This document shows positions 19,301-28,515 of a DNA stretch of 64,000 bases, one piece after another (position 1 is the first letter of the stretch; each line of letters begins with the position of its first letter). The notes under the pieces are model-generated. The model was not told the DNA's origin. It did no database searches and saw only the letters and a list, made by a program, of their open reading frames with translations. Source of the DNA: Candidatus Latescibacterota bacterium (GTDB lineage: Bacteria; Latescibacterota; UBA2968; UBA8231); NCBI GenBank assembly GCA_965215195.1, contig CBDCDC010000002.1, forward strand, positions 864,001-928,000, read 5' to 3'. Made by a program: the position numbers and the translations under genes.

Positions 19301-19338
19301 CTTGATTATTAATAATTATTCTTGATTAATGATTTTTA
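19301..19338 (+). promoter_or_regulatory. Probable tandem ARG boxes upstream of argG
   Basis: Two AT-rich 18-mers, CTTGATTATTAATAATTA and CTTGATTAATGATTTTTA, 2 bp apart in an otherwise GC-rich context. Only a partial match to the consensus. Confidence 0.45.
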
Positions 19339-19376
19339 TTTCTTAGATTATTTATCTACCCACAAAAGGAGCAACC

Positions 19377-20636
19377 ATGAATATCGCAGAGCTAAAGGGC
19401 CAGAAAGTCATGCTGGCCGCGTCCGGCGGCCTCGATAGCTGTACCATTACCCATTGGCTGCAATCCCAAGGCCTAGAGGTCGTCGCCTATACTGCCGATC
19501 TGGGCCAGCCCGATGAGGAACGCATCGAAGATATACGGCACCGGATGCGGGCCTGTGGGGCCGCTGAGATGATCCTCGACGACCGCAGAGAGGCCATTTG
19601 TCAAGCCGGCATCCAGCTCGTCCAGGCTCAGGCCCGCTACGAAGGCGGCTATTGGAACACCACCGGCATCGCCCGGCACGTGACAGTGGCCGGCATGTTG
19701 CCCCACATGCAGGAGCGCGGCATCCAAGTCATGGCGCACGGGGCCACCGGGCGCGGCAACGACCAAGTCCGCTTCCAACTGGCGGCGCAGATGCTCGCGC
19801 CGCACATCGAGGTGTACGCTCCTTGGCGCGACCCGGCCTTCTTGCAAAACTTTGGCGGGCGCAGCGAAATGATCGCGTACTGCCAAGGGCACGGCCTGCC
19901 CATAACCGCCACCCCGGACAAGCCCTACTCTACGGATGCCAACATGCTCGGGCTGACGCACGAAGCCGGCCAGCTCGAAGACCTAGAAACCCCCGTCTGC
20001 CTGATCGAACCGGGCATGGGCCGCTTCCCCCAGCAGGCACCCGATGCCGCCGAGGTGTTTACCGTGCGCTTTGAAGAGGGCACTCCCGTGGCCATCAACG
20101 GCCAGTCCGTCGGCCCGGTCGCGGCCATCGCGCAGAGCAACGCCATCGCCGGGCAACACGGCGTCGGCATTGGCTTACACGCGGTGGAAAATCGCTTCGT
20201 TGGCATCAAGTCGCGCGGCGTCTATGAGGCACCGGCCCTAGCGCTGCTCGGCCAGTGCTACGATTACTTGCTCCAGCTCATTCTCGACCGCCGCGCCCGG
20301 CGGATTTTCGCGGTTGTCTCCGGGTTTATTGCCGAGCAAATCTACCAAGGCTATTGGTTTGACACGGCGACCCAAGCGAGCTGGAAGCTCATCGAGCATT
20401 TTAATCAATTGGCGACCGGGACTATCTCCGTCTCGCTCTACAAGGGCCAAGTCGCCTTTTGCGCGGCCTGCGACGCGCCCCACTCGCTCTACAGCGAGGA
20501 CACCGCTTCCATGGAGGCCATCGGCGACTTCGACCATCGCGACTCTGAGGGCTTCCTCGGCGTCTTGGGCGTCAGTGCCCGCGCACTTTACCAGGCCGGG
20601 CAGATTGCGCCACCCAGTGGCGATATAGGGGCTTGA
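19377..20636 (+). CDS. argG: Argininosuccinate synthase
   Basis: SGGLDS, HGATGRGNDQVRF, YSTDANMLG, ENRFVGIKSRGVYEAP. Confidence 0.97.
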   Translation: MNIAELKGQKVMLAASGGLDSCTITHWLQSQGLEVVAYTADLGQPDEERIEDIRHRMRACGAAEMILDDRREAICQAGIQLVQAQARYEGGYWNTTGIARHVTVAGMLPHMQERGIQVMAHGATGRGNDQVRFQLAAQMLAPHIEVYAPWRDPAFLQNFGGRSEMIAYCQGHGLPITATPDKPYSTDANMLGLTHEAGQLEDLETPVCLIEPGMGRFPQQAPDAAEVFTVRFEEGTPVAINGQSVGPVAAIAQSNAIAGQHGVGIGLHAVENRFVGIKSRGVYEAPALALLGQCYDYLLQLILDRRARRIFAVVSGFIAEQIYQGYWFDTATQASWKLIEHFNQLATGTISVSLYKGQVAFCAACDAPHSLYSEDTASMEAIGDFDHRDSEGFLGVLGVSARALYQAGQIAPPSGDIGA

Positions 20637-21441
20637 CCTCTTTGGGCAACCGGGCAAAGACTTCTCGCTCAATTGGCACCATCTCGTAGTTTTTGCCTCC
20701 GGTCTCCACCACCATAGCCTCGTGTTCGGGCCGGCCGATGAGCGTGGGGTTTAGGTTCAGCCACCACGGAGCGTAGCGCACGATGAGAGCGACGCGATCC
20801 ATTTCGCTCCTGTTGGGGGCCACCGCGTGCCAAAGCCGGCTGTCGTACACCAAGACGCTGCCGGCCGCTCCTTCGACATGGCACTCGGTCGGATAAGGCG
20901 CGTCCCGATCCATTTCGGGCATGTCTCCGGCTGCGGGATTGCGCGGCCAGCGGTGACTGCCCGGCACCACGAGGGTCCCCCCGGTCTCAGGGGCAAACGG
21001 CGTCAACATCCATATCGTCGAAAGATGTAAAACCGCGTCTGGGTACGGCGCGGAGATGTGCGAGGCGTTGGTCGCGTTGTAAGGCCAGTCGGCGTGCCAA
21101 TAGCCCCGCGCATTGCCCGGGCGATTGACCACGCAGTCGGTGCAGGAAATCCGCGCCCAAGCCCCGAAAAAAGACTCAACTACCCCTAGGAGCTGGCGGT
21201 CGGCCAAGTACGGAGCAAAGGATTGCACCTGATTGATGACCTGCCTGAGCTGGTCCACGCCCGGGTTGCCGATCCGGTGACCGCGACCGCGAATTGCAGC
21301 CAGCTCGGCTGCGGAGTGCCGGCGATTGCGCTCAACCGCGGCCGCTAGCTCGGCGCATATCTCCCCGACCGCAGCCGCGGGAATCACTTGCTCGATAATG
21401 CAAAAGCCGTCGCGCTCAATGCGCTGGTTGTAGGTAGCCAC
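20572..21441 (-). CDS. Phytanoyl-CoA dioxygenase (PhyH) family protein
   Basis: WHAD, GGTLVVPGSH, LWH, NRS..R. The 3' end overlaps argG convergently by 65 bp. Confidence 0.9.
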   Translation of the reverse strand: MATYNQRIERDGFCIIEQVIPAAAVGEICAELAAAVERNRRHSAAELAAIRGRGHRIGNPGVDQLRQVINQVQSFAPYLADRQLLGVVESFFGAWARISCTDCVVNRPGNARGYWHADWPYNATNASHISAPYPDAVLHLSTIWMLTPFAPETGGTLVVPGSHRWPRNPAAGDMPEMDRDAPYPTECHVEGAAGSVLVYDSRLWHAVAPNRSEMDRVALIVRYAPWWLNLNPTLIGRPEHEAMVVETGGKNYEMVPIEREVFARLPKEVKPLYRHWVAQSARPGKVRGH

Positions 21442-21442
21442 T

Positions 21443-22342
21443 TCACCCCCGCAAGAGCGGCGCGACGCCGTCCCAAATGATTTCCAACTCGGTCAGTGCG
21501 TCGCTGTCGAGGACGGGCACGGGCGCCCGGCAAACCGCCGAGCGGATCAACCCGCGCTTTTGCAGAATCCACTTGTAGATCGCAATTCCGTAGAGCCGCT
21601 CGTAGTTCATCAGCGGCAAGAGCTGATAGAACTGCGCCCGCGCCGTTGCGGCGTCGCCTGCTTCGAGGGCATTCCAAATCGCCGCCATGGCATCGGTCAC
21701 GTGACAGCCCGGCATATTGCCGCAGGCACCGCGCCGATATTCGTCGAGCAAATAGACCCCGCCTTTGCCGCCCAGTACGCCCTTGCAGGCCGCGCCCGCC
21801 AGCGCCAACGTGCGGCTGACCTGCCAAGGCTCGGGAACGGTTTCTTCCTTGATGTAATCGACGCCCGCTAGCTCGCGGCACATCCGCCCCAACAGCTCGC
21901 CGCTCATGGGCGTACCGACCGGCGCATCGAAATTCTGCACGCAGATCGGGACCTCAACCGCGGCCGCCAACTGCTGGTAAAAGGCGTAGCAACCTTCTTG
22001 GTCAACGCGCAACACATGCGGCGGCATGGACATGATCCCGTCGGCTCCCGCGGCTTGGGCAAACTGGGCGAGAGCCACGGCCGGCACGGCGTGCCCCGAG
22101 GTGATCGAGGCCACTACGGGTACTCGGCCCGCGGCCGCGGCCACGACGATCTCGATCCAGCGGCCGCGCTCCTCGTCGGAAAGGGTCGAAAATTCACTGG
22201 CATTGGCCGGCCCCACCAAGCCCGTGGCACCCGCTTCAATGCTGAAGGCGACCAAGTCCTGCAAGGCTACTTCGTCTAGCAAGTACCTATCGGTAAAGGG
22301 GGTCACCACAATCGGCATAATTCCGCGCCATGTTTCAGTCAT
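21443..22342 (-). CDS. Dihydrodipicolinate synthase/N-acetylneuraminate lyase family protein
   Basis: GIMPIVVTPF, ANASEFSTLSDEER, GADGIMSMPP, YIKEE. Confidence 0.9.
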   Translation of the reverse strand: MTETWRGIMPIVVTPFTDRYLLDEVALQDLVAFSIEAGATGLVGPANASEFSTLSDEERGRWIEIVVAAAAGRVPVVASITSGHAVPAVALAQFAQAAGADGIMSMPPHVLRVDQEGCYAFYQQLAAAVEVPICVQNFDAPVGTPMSGELLGRMCRELAGVDYIKEETVPEPWQVSRTLALAGAACKGVLGGKGGVYLLDEYRRGACGNMPGCHVTDAMAAIWNALEAGDAATARAQFYQLLPLMNYERLYGIAIYKWILQKRGLIRSAVCRAPVPVLDSDALTELEIIWDGVAPLLRG

Positions 22343-22994
22343 GAAGATCTCCTTTTAGATCCAGCAAAGCGGCCACTGCAAAAAGCCCATCCACCACGGC
22401 ACACTCCCCCAGCTCCAACCGACGCCGGCTCTGGTGGCCGGAAGGCAGCAGGACGCAATGGGCCCCGAGCGCGGCCGCCACCTCAATGTCGTGTAGGGTA
22501 TCGCCGACGAGCAAGACTTCACCGCTCGGGCAGTTGAGGTCCGCAAGGTGCCGATGTCCGCGCTCGATTTTCCCCTCTCCCAAGCCATTATCCACCCCGG
22601 CGACTGCGGCAAAGTGAGATCGCAGCCCGTAGTGGACGACCATTTCTTCGAGAGACACTTGGTCGTAGGCCGATAAGAGGGATTGTCCGATCCCGTTGCG
22701 GCCCAATGCGGCCAGCACTTCGCACGCTCCCTCGCGCAACCGGCACTCGCGGCGGCGCTGGCTATAGAGGATGTTGAATTCGTCGCCAAGGGCCGCAAAA
22801 TCCTCGCGCTCTAGGTCAAAGCCCAAGCTCTCGTAGTAGGCACGCAGGGGAAAATCGAAGACCTCGCTGTACTCGCGCAGGGTGGTCGGCGCGAGTCCGC
22901 GACGCACCAACAGCTCGTTGACGATCTCCACGCACAGCCAAGCATCGTCCACCAAGGTGCCGTTCCAGTCCCAAATCACGTGATGCGGCTTCAT
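22335..22994 (-). CDS. HAD family hydrolase (phosphoglycolate phosphatase-like)
   Basis: WDWNGTL and VGDTLHD motifs. Start moved to 22994. Confidence 0.9.
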   Translation of the reverse strand: MKPHHVIWDWNGTLVDDAWLCVEIVNELLVRRGLAPTTLREYSEVFDFPLRAYYESLGFDLEREDFAALGDEFNILYSQRRRECRLREGACEVLAALGRNGIGQSLLSAYDQVSLEEMVVHYGLRSHFAAVAGVDNGLGEGKIERGHRHLADLNCPSGEVLLVGDTLHDIEVAAALGAHCVLLPSGHQSRRRLELGECAVVDGLFAVAALLDLKGDLHD

Positions 22995-23068
22995 AAATAG
23001 CGGTCGTAAAAACAGTTCAAATGTGCTCGCGCTTAGGCACGCCTGAACCGGAATTTCTATGCGGATTC

Positions 23069-23812
23069 TTACTCTTTGCAGGCGACTACGCGCAGGCGCC
23101 AGTAGTCGGCGCACCAGACCCCATCGCCGTATAATGCCGGGCGGACAGCGTCCTCCACTGCTTCCCACAGCTCTTCGCGCATTGACCGGGGAACGTCCTC
23201 TGTAAGCGTCTCGGCGAACATCTCCATCCAATCGCGCAACCCGCTCTCGCCCGCTAGGGGCGTTGGACGGGGAAAGTGGCTGGCATAGGCAACGCGCAAC
23301 CCGGCCTGCTCCACGAGCTGCGCGTACTCGCCCAAGCTGGGAAAATACCAAGGCGACTGCGGATAAAAGCCCCGATCGGCCAATTGGTCGGTTAGCGCCC
23401 GGCGGATGGCGGCCACATTCCGCGCACCGCCCAGCTCGGCGACAAAACGCCCGCCCGCCCCCAGACAGGCGGCAATGCACGCGAGGGCCGCTTCCGGCGG
23501 CTTGACCCAGTGCAGGGCTGCGTTGGAAAAGACCGCATCGAACAGCTCGGCAAAGGAGAAATCCCCTGCATCCCCGACGACAAAAGACAGGCCCGGAAAC
23601 TGCTCGCGGGCGGCCTCAACCATCTCGGCCGACAGGTCCATGCCCACGACCTCAGCCCCGGCCGCGGCGATCTGGGCGCTCAGTTGACCGGTGCCGCATC
23701 CCAAGTCGAGGATGCGCTCGCCAGCTCGAGGAGCCAAGACCTCCACCAAGTCGGCACCTGCGGCGGTGACATAGTGGTGTTTGGCTTGGTAGCGCTTGGG
23801 ATGCTGGAACAT
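23069..23812 (-). CDS. Class I SAM-dependent methyltransferase (Tam-like)
   Basis: ILDLGCGTG, FDAVFSNAALHWV, ADYWRLR. Confidence 0.92.
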   Translation of the reverse strand: MFQHPKRYQAKHHYVTAAGADLVEVLAPRAGERILDLGCGTGQLSAQIAAAGAEVVGMDLSAEMVEAAREQFPGLSFVVGDAGDFSFAELFDAVFSNAALHWVKPPEAALACIAACLGAGGRFVAELGGARNVAAIRRALTDQLADRGFYPQSPWYFPSLGEYAQLVEQAGLRVAYASHFPRPTPLAGESGLRDWMEMFAETLTEDVPRSMREELWEAVEDAVRPALYGDGVWCADYWRLRVVACKE

Positions 23813-24801
23813 CAGCCCAAGAGATCGGCGATGACCGCACGCTCCTCTTTGAGCTCGTCTTCGGTGGCCTTGATCTTGGCCCGGGCGAAGTCGCTCAGCT
23901 CCAAGCCCTGCACGATCTCGTAATGGCCTTGACCGTCGCTGCGAATGGGAAAGGAGAACATCAACCCCTCGTCAATCCCGTAGCTGCCGTCCGCATAGAC
24001 ACCCGCCGAGAAAAAGTCGCCCGCCGGCGTGGCACTCTCCACGCTGACGATGTGGTCGAGCGCGGCATTGGCGGCCGACGCGGCCGACGACAAGCCGCGG
24101 GCGTTGATGACGGCCGCACCCCGCTGCTGGACGATCTGGATGAATTCCTCGCGCAACCAAGCGCGGTGGCCTATGACGTCAGGTACTGGCCGCCCCTCAA
24201 TGCGTGCGTTCTCGGCATCCGGGTACTGGGTGGCACTGTGGTTGCCCCAAATGGCCATATTGGTCACCGCCGCGACCTTGACTCCGGCCTTGTTGGCGAG
24301 CTGGGCTTGGGCGCGGTTTTGATCCAGTCGGGTCATGGCGTGGAAGCGGTCGCGGGGGATGCCGGCCTTATGGCCGTGGCTCATGGCAATCAAGCCATTG
24401 GTATTGGCCGGATTACCCACCACCAAGACCCGCACATCGGCCGCGGCTCGGGCCAGAGCCTGACCTTGGCCGACGAATATCGGGCCGTTTTCCCGAATTA
24501 GGTCGCCCCGCTCCATACCGGGACCGCGCGGCTTGGAGCCAATAAGCAGCCCCCAATTGATCCCATCAAAGGCCACGTCGGCTTGGTCGGTGATCACAAT
24601 GTCGTCGAGGAGCGGAAAGGCGCAGTCGTCGAGTTCCATAACCACGCCTTCGAGGGCTTTGAGCACCGGAGTGATCTCCAGCAAGTGCAGCGAAACCCGG
24701 ACATCGCGGCCGAAAACCTCGCCCGCGGCTAAACGCGGCAATATAGCGTAGCCGATCTGGCCAGCCGCCCCGGTGACGGCTACTTTCACAGTGCGTACCA
24801 T
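23812..24801 (-). CDS. mdh: Malate dehydrogenase
   Basis: [46 protein letters not shown]. Confidence 0.97.
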   Translation of the reverse strand: MVRTVKVAVTGAAGQIGYAILPRLAAGEVFGRDVRVSLHLLEITPVLKALEGVVMELDDCAFPLLDDIVITDQADVAFDGINWGLLIGSKPRGPGMERGDLIRENGPIFVGQGQALARAAADVRVLVVGNPANTNGLIAMSHGHKAGIPRDRFHAMTRLDQNRAQAQLANKAGVKVAAVTNMAIWGNHSATQYPDAENARIEGRPVPDVIGHRAWLREEFIQIVQQRGAAVINARGLSSAASAANAALDHIVSVESATPAGDFFSAGVYADGSYGIDEGLMFSFPIRSDGQGHYEIVQGLELSDFARAKIKATEDELKEERAVIADLLG

Positions 24802-24958
24802 GTATTCCTCCTAAAGGCAGTTTTTATACTTAGAGAAAATCTGCCAAAAAAATGCGCTCCGTGCAATGCACAACCCAGCCATTGACCTGCCCTCGGTCCG
24901 CTGGTTATTCTACGGCTTTACCTCCAACACACAGCCCACGGGCGAAAGGACGGCCATT

Positions 24959-26119
24959 ATGAGCGGCAACTTTGATCTCATCATCCAAGGGGGGCACCTA
25001 ATTGACCCCAAAAACGACCTCAACAGCCCAGCCGATATTGCCATTAAGGACGGGCTAGTCGCGGCGGTCTCCGATCGAATCAAGTGCAGTTCAGCCAAGG
25101 TCATCGACGTATCCGGCCTCTACGTCACCCCGGGCTTGATCGATATCCACGTCCACGTCTATGGGGGGTATCGAGGCTGGCTCTTTCCCGATCAGCACGC
25201 CCTGCCCTACGGCGTGACCACCGTAGTAGATACAGGCGGCGCTGGATGGAAAGATTTTGCCGACTTCAAGCACTCCATCATTGACCCCGCCCAGACCCGC
25301 GTCTTGGCCTTTGTCAATATCGTCGGCGCTGGCATGACCGGCCCTCCCGAACAAGACGTCAGCGAAATGGACCCCGCGCTCTGCGCCGCGGCGATTGAGC
25401 AGTACCGCGAGCATATCGTCGGTGCCAAGTCGGCCCACTTCGGTGGTCCGGGTTGGGAGTCGGCTGGTGGCGCGATCTCGGCGGCGCGCCAGAGCGATTC
25501 CATCGCCATGATTGACTTTGCCCCCCAGCCCACTCGCTCGTACGAGGAATTGCTCGAGCGCATGAGTCCGGGGGACATCCACACCCACCTCTACGCCGCC
25601 CACATCCCCCTGCTCAACGCCGACAAACGGGTCGAAGACTACGTGCGCCGAGCCAGACAGCGCGGCATTGTCTTTGACACGGGCCACGGCGGCGGCTCCT
25701 TTTGGTTTCGCATTGCTGTGCCTGCCATGGCCCAGAACTTCCCCCCGGATACCATCAGCACGGACCTACACAAGGACAGCCGCATGCTGCCCAACGCCAC
25801 CATGCCCATAACTATGTCCAAATTCCTGAGCCTCGGCATGCCCCTCCAAGAAGTCGTCTATCGCTCAACGCGCAGACCAGCCGAGGTAATCAGGCACCCA
25901 CAGCTAGGCCACCTCAGTGTCGGGGCCGAAGCCGACCTAGCGGCCTTTGCGCTGCACGAAGGGGATTTTGCCTTTGTCGATTCGGGCCGGGCGCGCATGC
26001 GGGGCCAACAAAAACTCGAATGCGAGCTAACGCTGAGAGCAGGCCAAGTCGTCTGGGACCTAAACGGCCGCAGTCTAGTGGATTGGGAAAAGGCCGGTGA
26101 ATATCGCCGTCTCGCTTAA
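24959..26119 (+). CDS. Amidohydrolase/deacetylase family metallohydrolase (dihydroorotase-like)
   Basis: PGLIDIHVH, GVTTVVDTG, FDTGHGGGSF, TISTDLH. Start moved to MSGN at 24959. Confidence 0.9.
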   Translation: MSGNFDLIIQGGHLIDPKNDLNSPADIAIKDGLVAAVSDRIKCSSAKVIDVSGLYVTPGLIDIHVHVYGGYRGWLFPDQHALPYGVTTVVDTGGAGWKDFADFKHSIIDPAQTRVLAFVNIVGAGMTGPPEQDVSEMDPALCAAAIEQYREHIVGAKSAHFGGPGWESAGGAISAARQSDSIAMIDFAPQPTRSYEELLERMSPGDIHTHLYAAHIPLLNADKRVEDYVRRARQRGIVFDTGHGGGSFWFRIAVPAMAQNFPPDTISTDLHKDSRMLPNATMPITMSKFLSLGMPLQEVVYRSTRRPAEVIRHPQLGHLSVGAEADLAAFALHEGDFAFVDSGRARMRGQQKLECELTLRAGQVVWDLNGRSLVDWEKAGEYRRLA

Positions 26120-26153
26120 GGCATGGCTGCCCGCCAATGCCCTTGCAAACGAC

Positions 26154-26182
26154 TTGACGCAGCACTGCTCCTTATGTATAAT
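26154..26182 (+). promoter_or_regulatory. Sigma-70 promoter for the sigma factor/tRNA-Tyr unit
   Basis: TTGACG, 17 bp, TATAAT. Confidence 0.8.
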
Positions 26183-26289
26183 CAGTTAGTTTCGCCTATA
26201 CGGACGCTTACCATTTGCACCGAGAGCATTTCGATGCTGTGGCGCAGGGGCGCAGGCAGCCCCTTTGTACATCAAAGATGAGAGGCTCT

Positions 26290-27138
26290 ATGCAGAATCT
26301 GCACGACGAGGAAAACACCCTGCGGCTCTATTTCGACGATATTGCTGAGTCCACGCCCCTTTCGAGAGAACGCGAGGTAGAATTGGCCGATCGCATCAAA
26401 AATGGCGATATGCATGCCCGCGAAGAAATGATCAGCGCCAATTTGCGGTTTGTCGTTGATGTAGCCAAGAAGTACCAAAATCGCGGCTTGTCCCTATCCG
26501 ACCTCATTAGCGCCGGCAATCTCGGCCTCATCACGGCGGCCGACCGCTTCGACGGCACCAAGGGCTACAAATTCATTTCATACGCAGTTTGGTGGATCCG
26601 CCAGTCCATTCTCCAAACCCTCGCCGAGCACGTGCGCACCGTGCGCCTTCCTCTCAACAAAGTCAGCTTACTCAAAGATATTTCCAAAGCCTCGCGCAAA
26701 TTGGGCCAACATCGCGCCAGTGAGCCTGACATAGAGGAAATCGCCGCTGAACTCGAAGTTCCGGCCGAAGAGGTTCTAGAGACCATCCTCAGTGCCCGCG
26801 CTGTGTGTTCGCTCGACGAGTCCTTCACCGACGACGACGAGCGCAGCCTGCTCAACACCTTGGCCGACAACACGACCGCTGCCCCGGACGCCGACATCCT
26901 GAGCGAATCAGCACGGGAGCAGCTCGAGATGGCCTTGGAAACCCTCGAGGAGCGCGAATTGCGCATTATCAGGCTCTATTTTGGCCTCGACGGCAACGAG
27001 TCTCTGACGCTCGAGGAAATCGGCGACATGATGAATCTCACGCGCGAGCGCATCCGCCAGCTCAAAGAGCGGGCACTCAGCAAGCTGCGCCATCCTTCGC
27101 GGCACCAAGTGCTTAAAACGCTGGCTAGCGGCACCTGA
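26290..27138 (+). CDS. RNA polymerase sigma factor, RpoD/SigA family, lacking region 1.1
   Basis: Region 1.2 LRLYFDDI..PL; ANLRFVVDVAKKY; KFISYAVWWIRQSI; TLEEIG..LTRERIRQ. Confidence 0.93.
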   Translation: MQNLHDEENTLRLYFDDIAESTPLSREREVELADRIKNGDMHAREEMISANLRFVVDVAKKYQNRGLSLSDLISAGNLGLITAADRFDGTKGYKFISYAVWWIRQSILQTLAEHVRTVRLPLNKVSLLKDISKASRKLGQHRASEPDIEEIAAELEVPAEEVLETILSARAVCSLDESFTDDDERSLLNTLADNTTAAPDADILSESAREQLEMALETLEERELRIIRLYFGLDGNESLTLEEIGDMMNLTRERIRQLKERALSKLRHPSRHQVLKTLASGT

Positions 27139-27147
27139 AAATTTGCC

Positions 27148-27233
27148 GGGGGGATACCGAAGTGGTCAAACGGGGCAGACTGTAAATCTGTTGGCTCATG
27201 CCTTCGCAGGTTCAAATCCTGCTCCCCCCACCA
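27148..27233 (+). tRNA. tRNA-Tyr (GTA)
   Basis: Acceptor GGGGGGA/TCCCCCC, anticodon loop CTGTAAA, long variable arm, GGTTCAAATCC, encoded CCA. Confidence 0.97.
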
Positions 27234-27235
27234 CT

Positions 27236-27277
27236 AAAAAGGCCGTTCCTTTTGGGAACGGCCTTTTTATTTTTTTG
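27236..27277 (+). terminator. Rho-independent terminator (probably bidirectional)
   Basis: AAAAAGGCCGTTCC/GGAACGGCCTTTTT inverted repeat followed by a T-run. Confidence 0.9.
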
Positions 27278-27297
27278 GCATATCCAAGCGCGTTCTA

Positions 27298-28425
27298 CTA
27301 CCCCTCTTCCACGACCCGGTCCAGTTCCAAGCTCAAGGCGTCAGCCAGCAAAAATCCCGTCCGAGTCAAACGCAATCTCCGGCCTTCGAGCGCGGCGTAT
27401 CCAACTTTCTCCAGATCGGCAAAGCACCTGCTGCTATGCACACGGCCGACCTCCTCCTCGGTCAATTCAATCCCCTCTATGGTGCGCAAACCCAGCCATA
27501 GACGTTCCCTGCGGGCCACGTCCGGGGCTATGGTCTCCTCCCCTGCACACGGCGTCCGGCCTTGGTCCATAGCGTCGAGGTAGGCATTGAGATCGCACGT
27601 ATTCCAAAATCGCTTCCCGCTGATGAAGCTATGGGCCCCAAGACCGACACCTAAGTAAGGAATCCCTGTCCAGTAGCCCCAGTTGTGGCGCGAGCGGTAC
27701 CCAAGACGGGCATAGTTCGAAATCTCGTAGTGTTCATAGCCAGCCGCCACCAACTGCGCGTCGGTCCACTCCAAGGTGCGAGCCTGCCGGTCATCCGCGA
27801 CGGGTCTCAGCAGGCCCTGCCGCTGTCGTTGGGCAAAGATCGTACCTTCTTCAATCGTGAGGCTATAGACCGAAAGGTGCTCTGGGGCCAAGGCAATAGC
27901 CCGCTCAACGCTAAAGTGCCAATTGGCCTCTGGGACTTTAGGTACATTGGCCACCAAGTCCAAGCTCACATTGGCAAAACCGGCCGCTCTGGCCGCTGCA
28001 TACGCCCTTTCGACATCAGCCGCGCTATGCTGCCGACCTAAGTGCTGCAAATCGGCATCGCGAAAAGCCTGTGCACCAATGCTTATGCGATTGCATCCCA
28101 GTGCCTTTAGCATTGCGAATTTCTCGCGGTCAACGGTCTTAGGGTTGACTTCAACCGCAATTTCCACGTCTGAATGTAGCCCTAAATGTCGCTGAGCCGC
28201 CTCGAGCATCTGCCCAATTAGCGCCGGCTCAATTTGGCTAGGGGTGCCGCCGCCCAAGAACACAGTCTCCACCGGCCCCGATAAATGAGCCCAAGACTCA
28301 ATTTCGCGGCAGATCGCCTCGGCATATGGGCCGTGGCGATCTCCTTGGCCAACGACTGTAGCAAAGGCGCAGTAGGGACAGCGTTGGGGACAAAATGGTA
28401 CGTGGATATAGAGACCCAACGCCAT
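27298..28425 (-). CDS. hemW: Radical SAM heme chaperone HemW
   Basis: LYIHVPFCPQRCPYCAF, GGGTPS, HYEISNYA, HNWGYW, YLGVGLGAHS. Lies next to lepA. Confidence 0.92.
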   Translation of the reverse strand: MALGLYIHVPFCPQRCPYCAFATVVGQGDRHGPYAEAICREIESWAHLSGPVETVFLGGGTPSQIEPALIGQMLEAAQRHLGLHSDVEIAVEVNPKTVDREKFAMLKALGCNRISIGAQAFRDADLQHLGRQHSAADVERAYAAARAAGFANVSLDLVANVPKVPEANWHFSVERAIALAPEHLSVYSLTIEEGTIFAQRQRQGLLRPVADDRQARTLEWTDAQLVAAGYEHYEISNYARLGYRSRHNWGYWTGIPYLGVGLGAHSFISGKRFWNTCDLNAYLDAMDQGRTPCAGEETIAPDVARRERLWLGLRTIEGIELTEEEVGRVHSSRCFADLEKVGYAALEGRRLRLTRTGFLLADALSLELDRVVEEG

Positions 28426-28515
28426 TATTTACTTTGGCTCATTATGGGTAGGAGGCCCCGTATGGCCGGCCCTCATATAGCCTTCATCGCACTCAACGGC
28501 CCCAGGAACAAAAAA

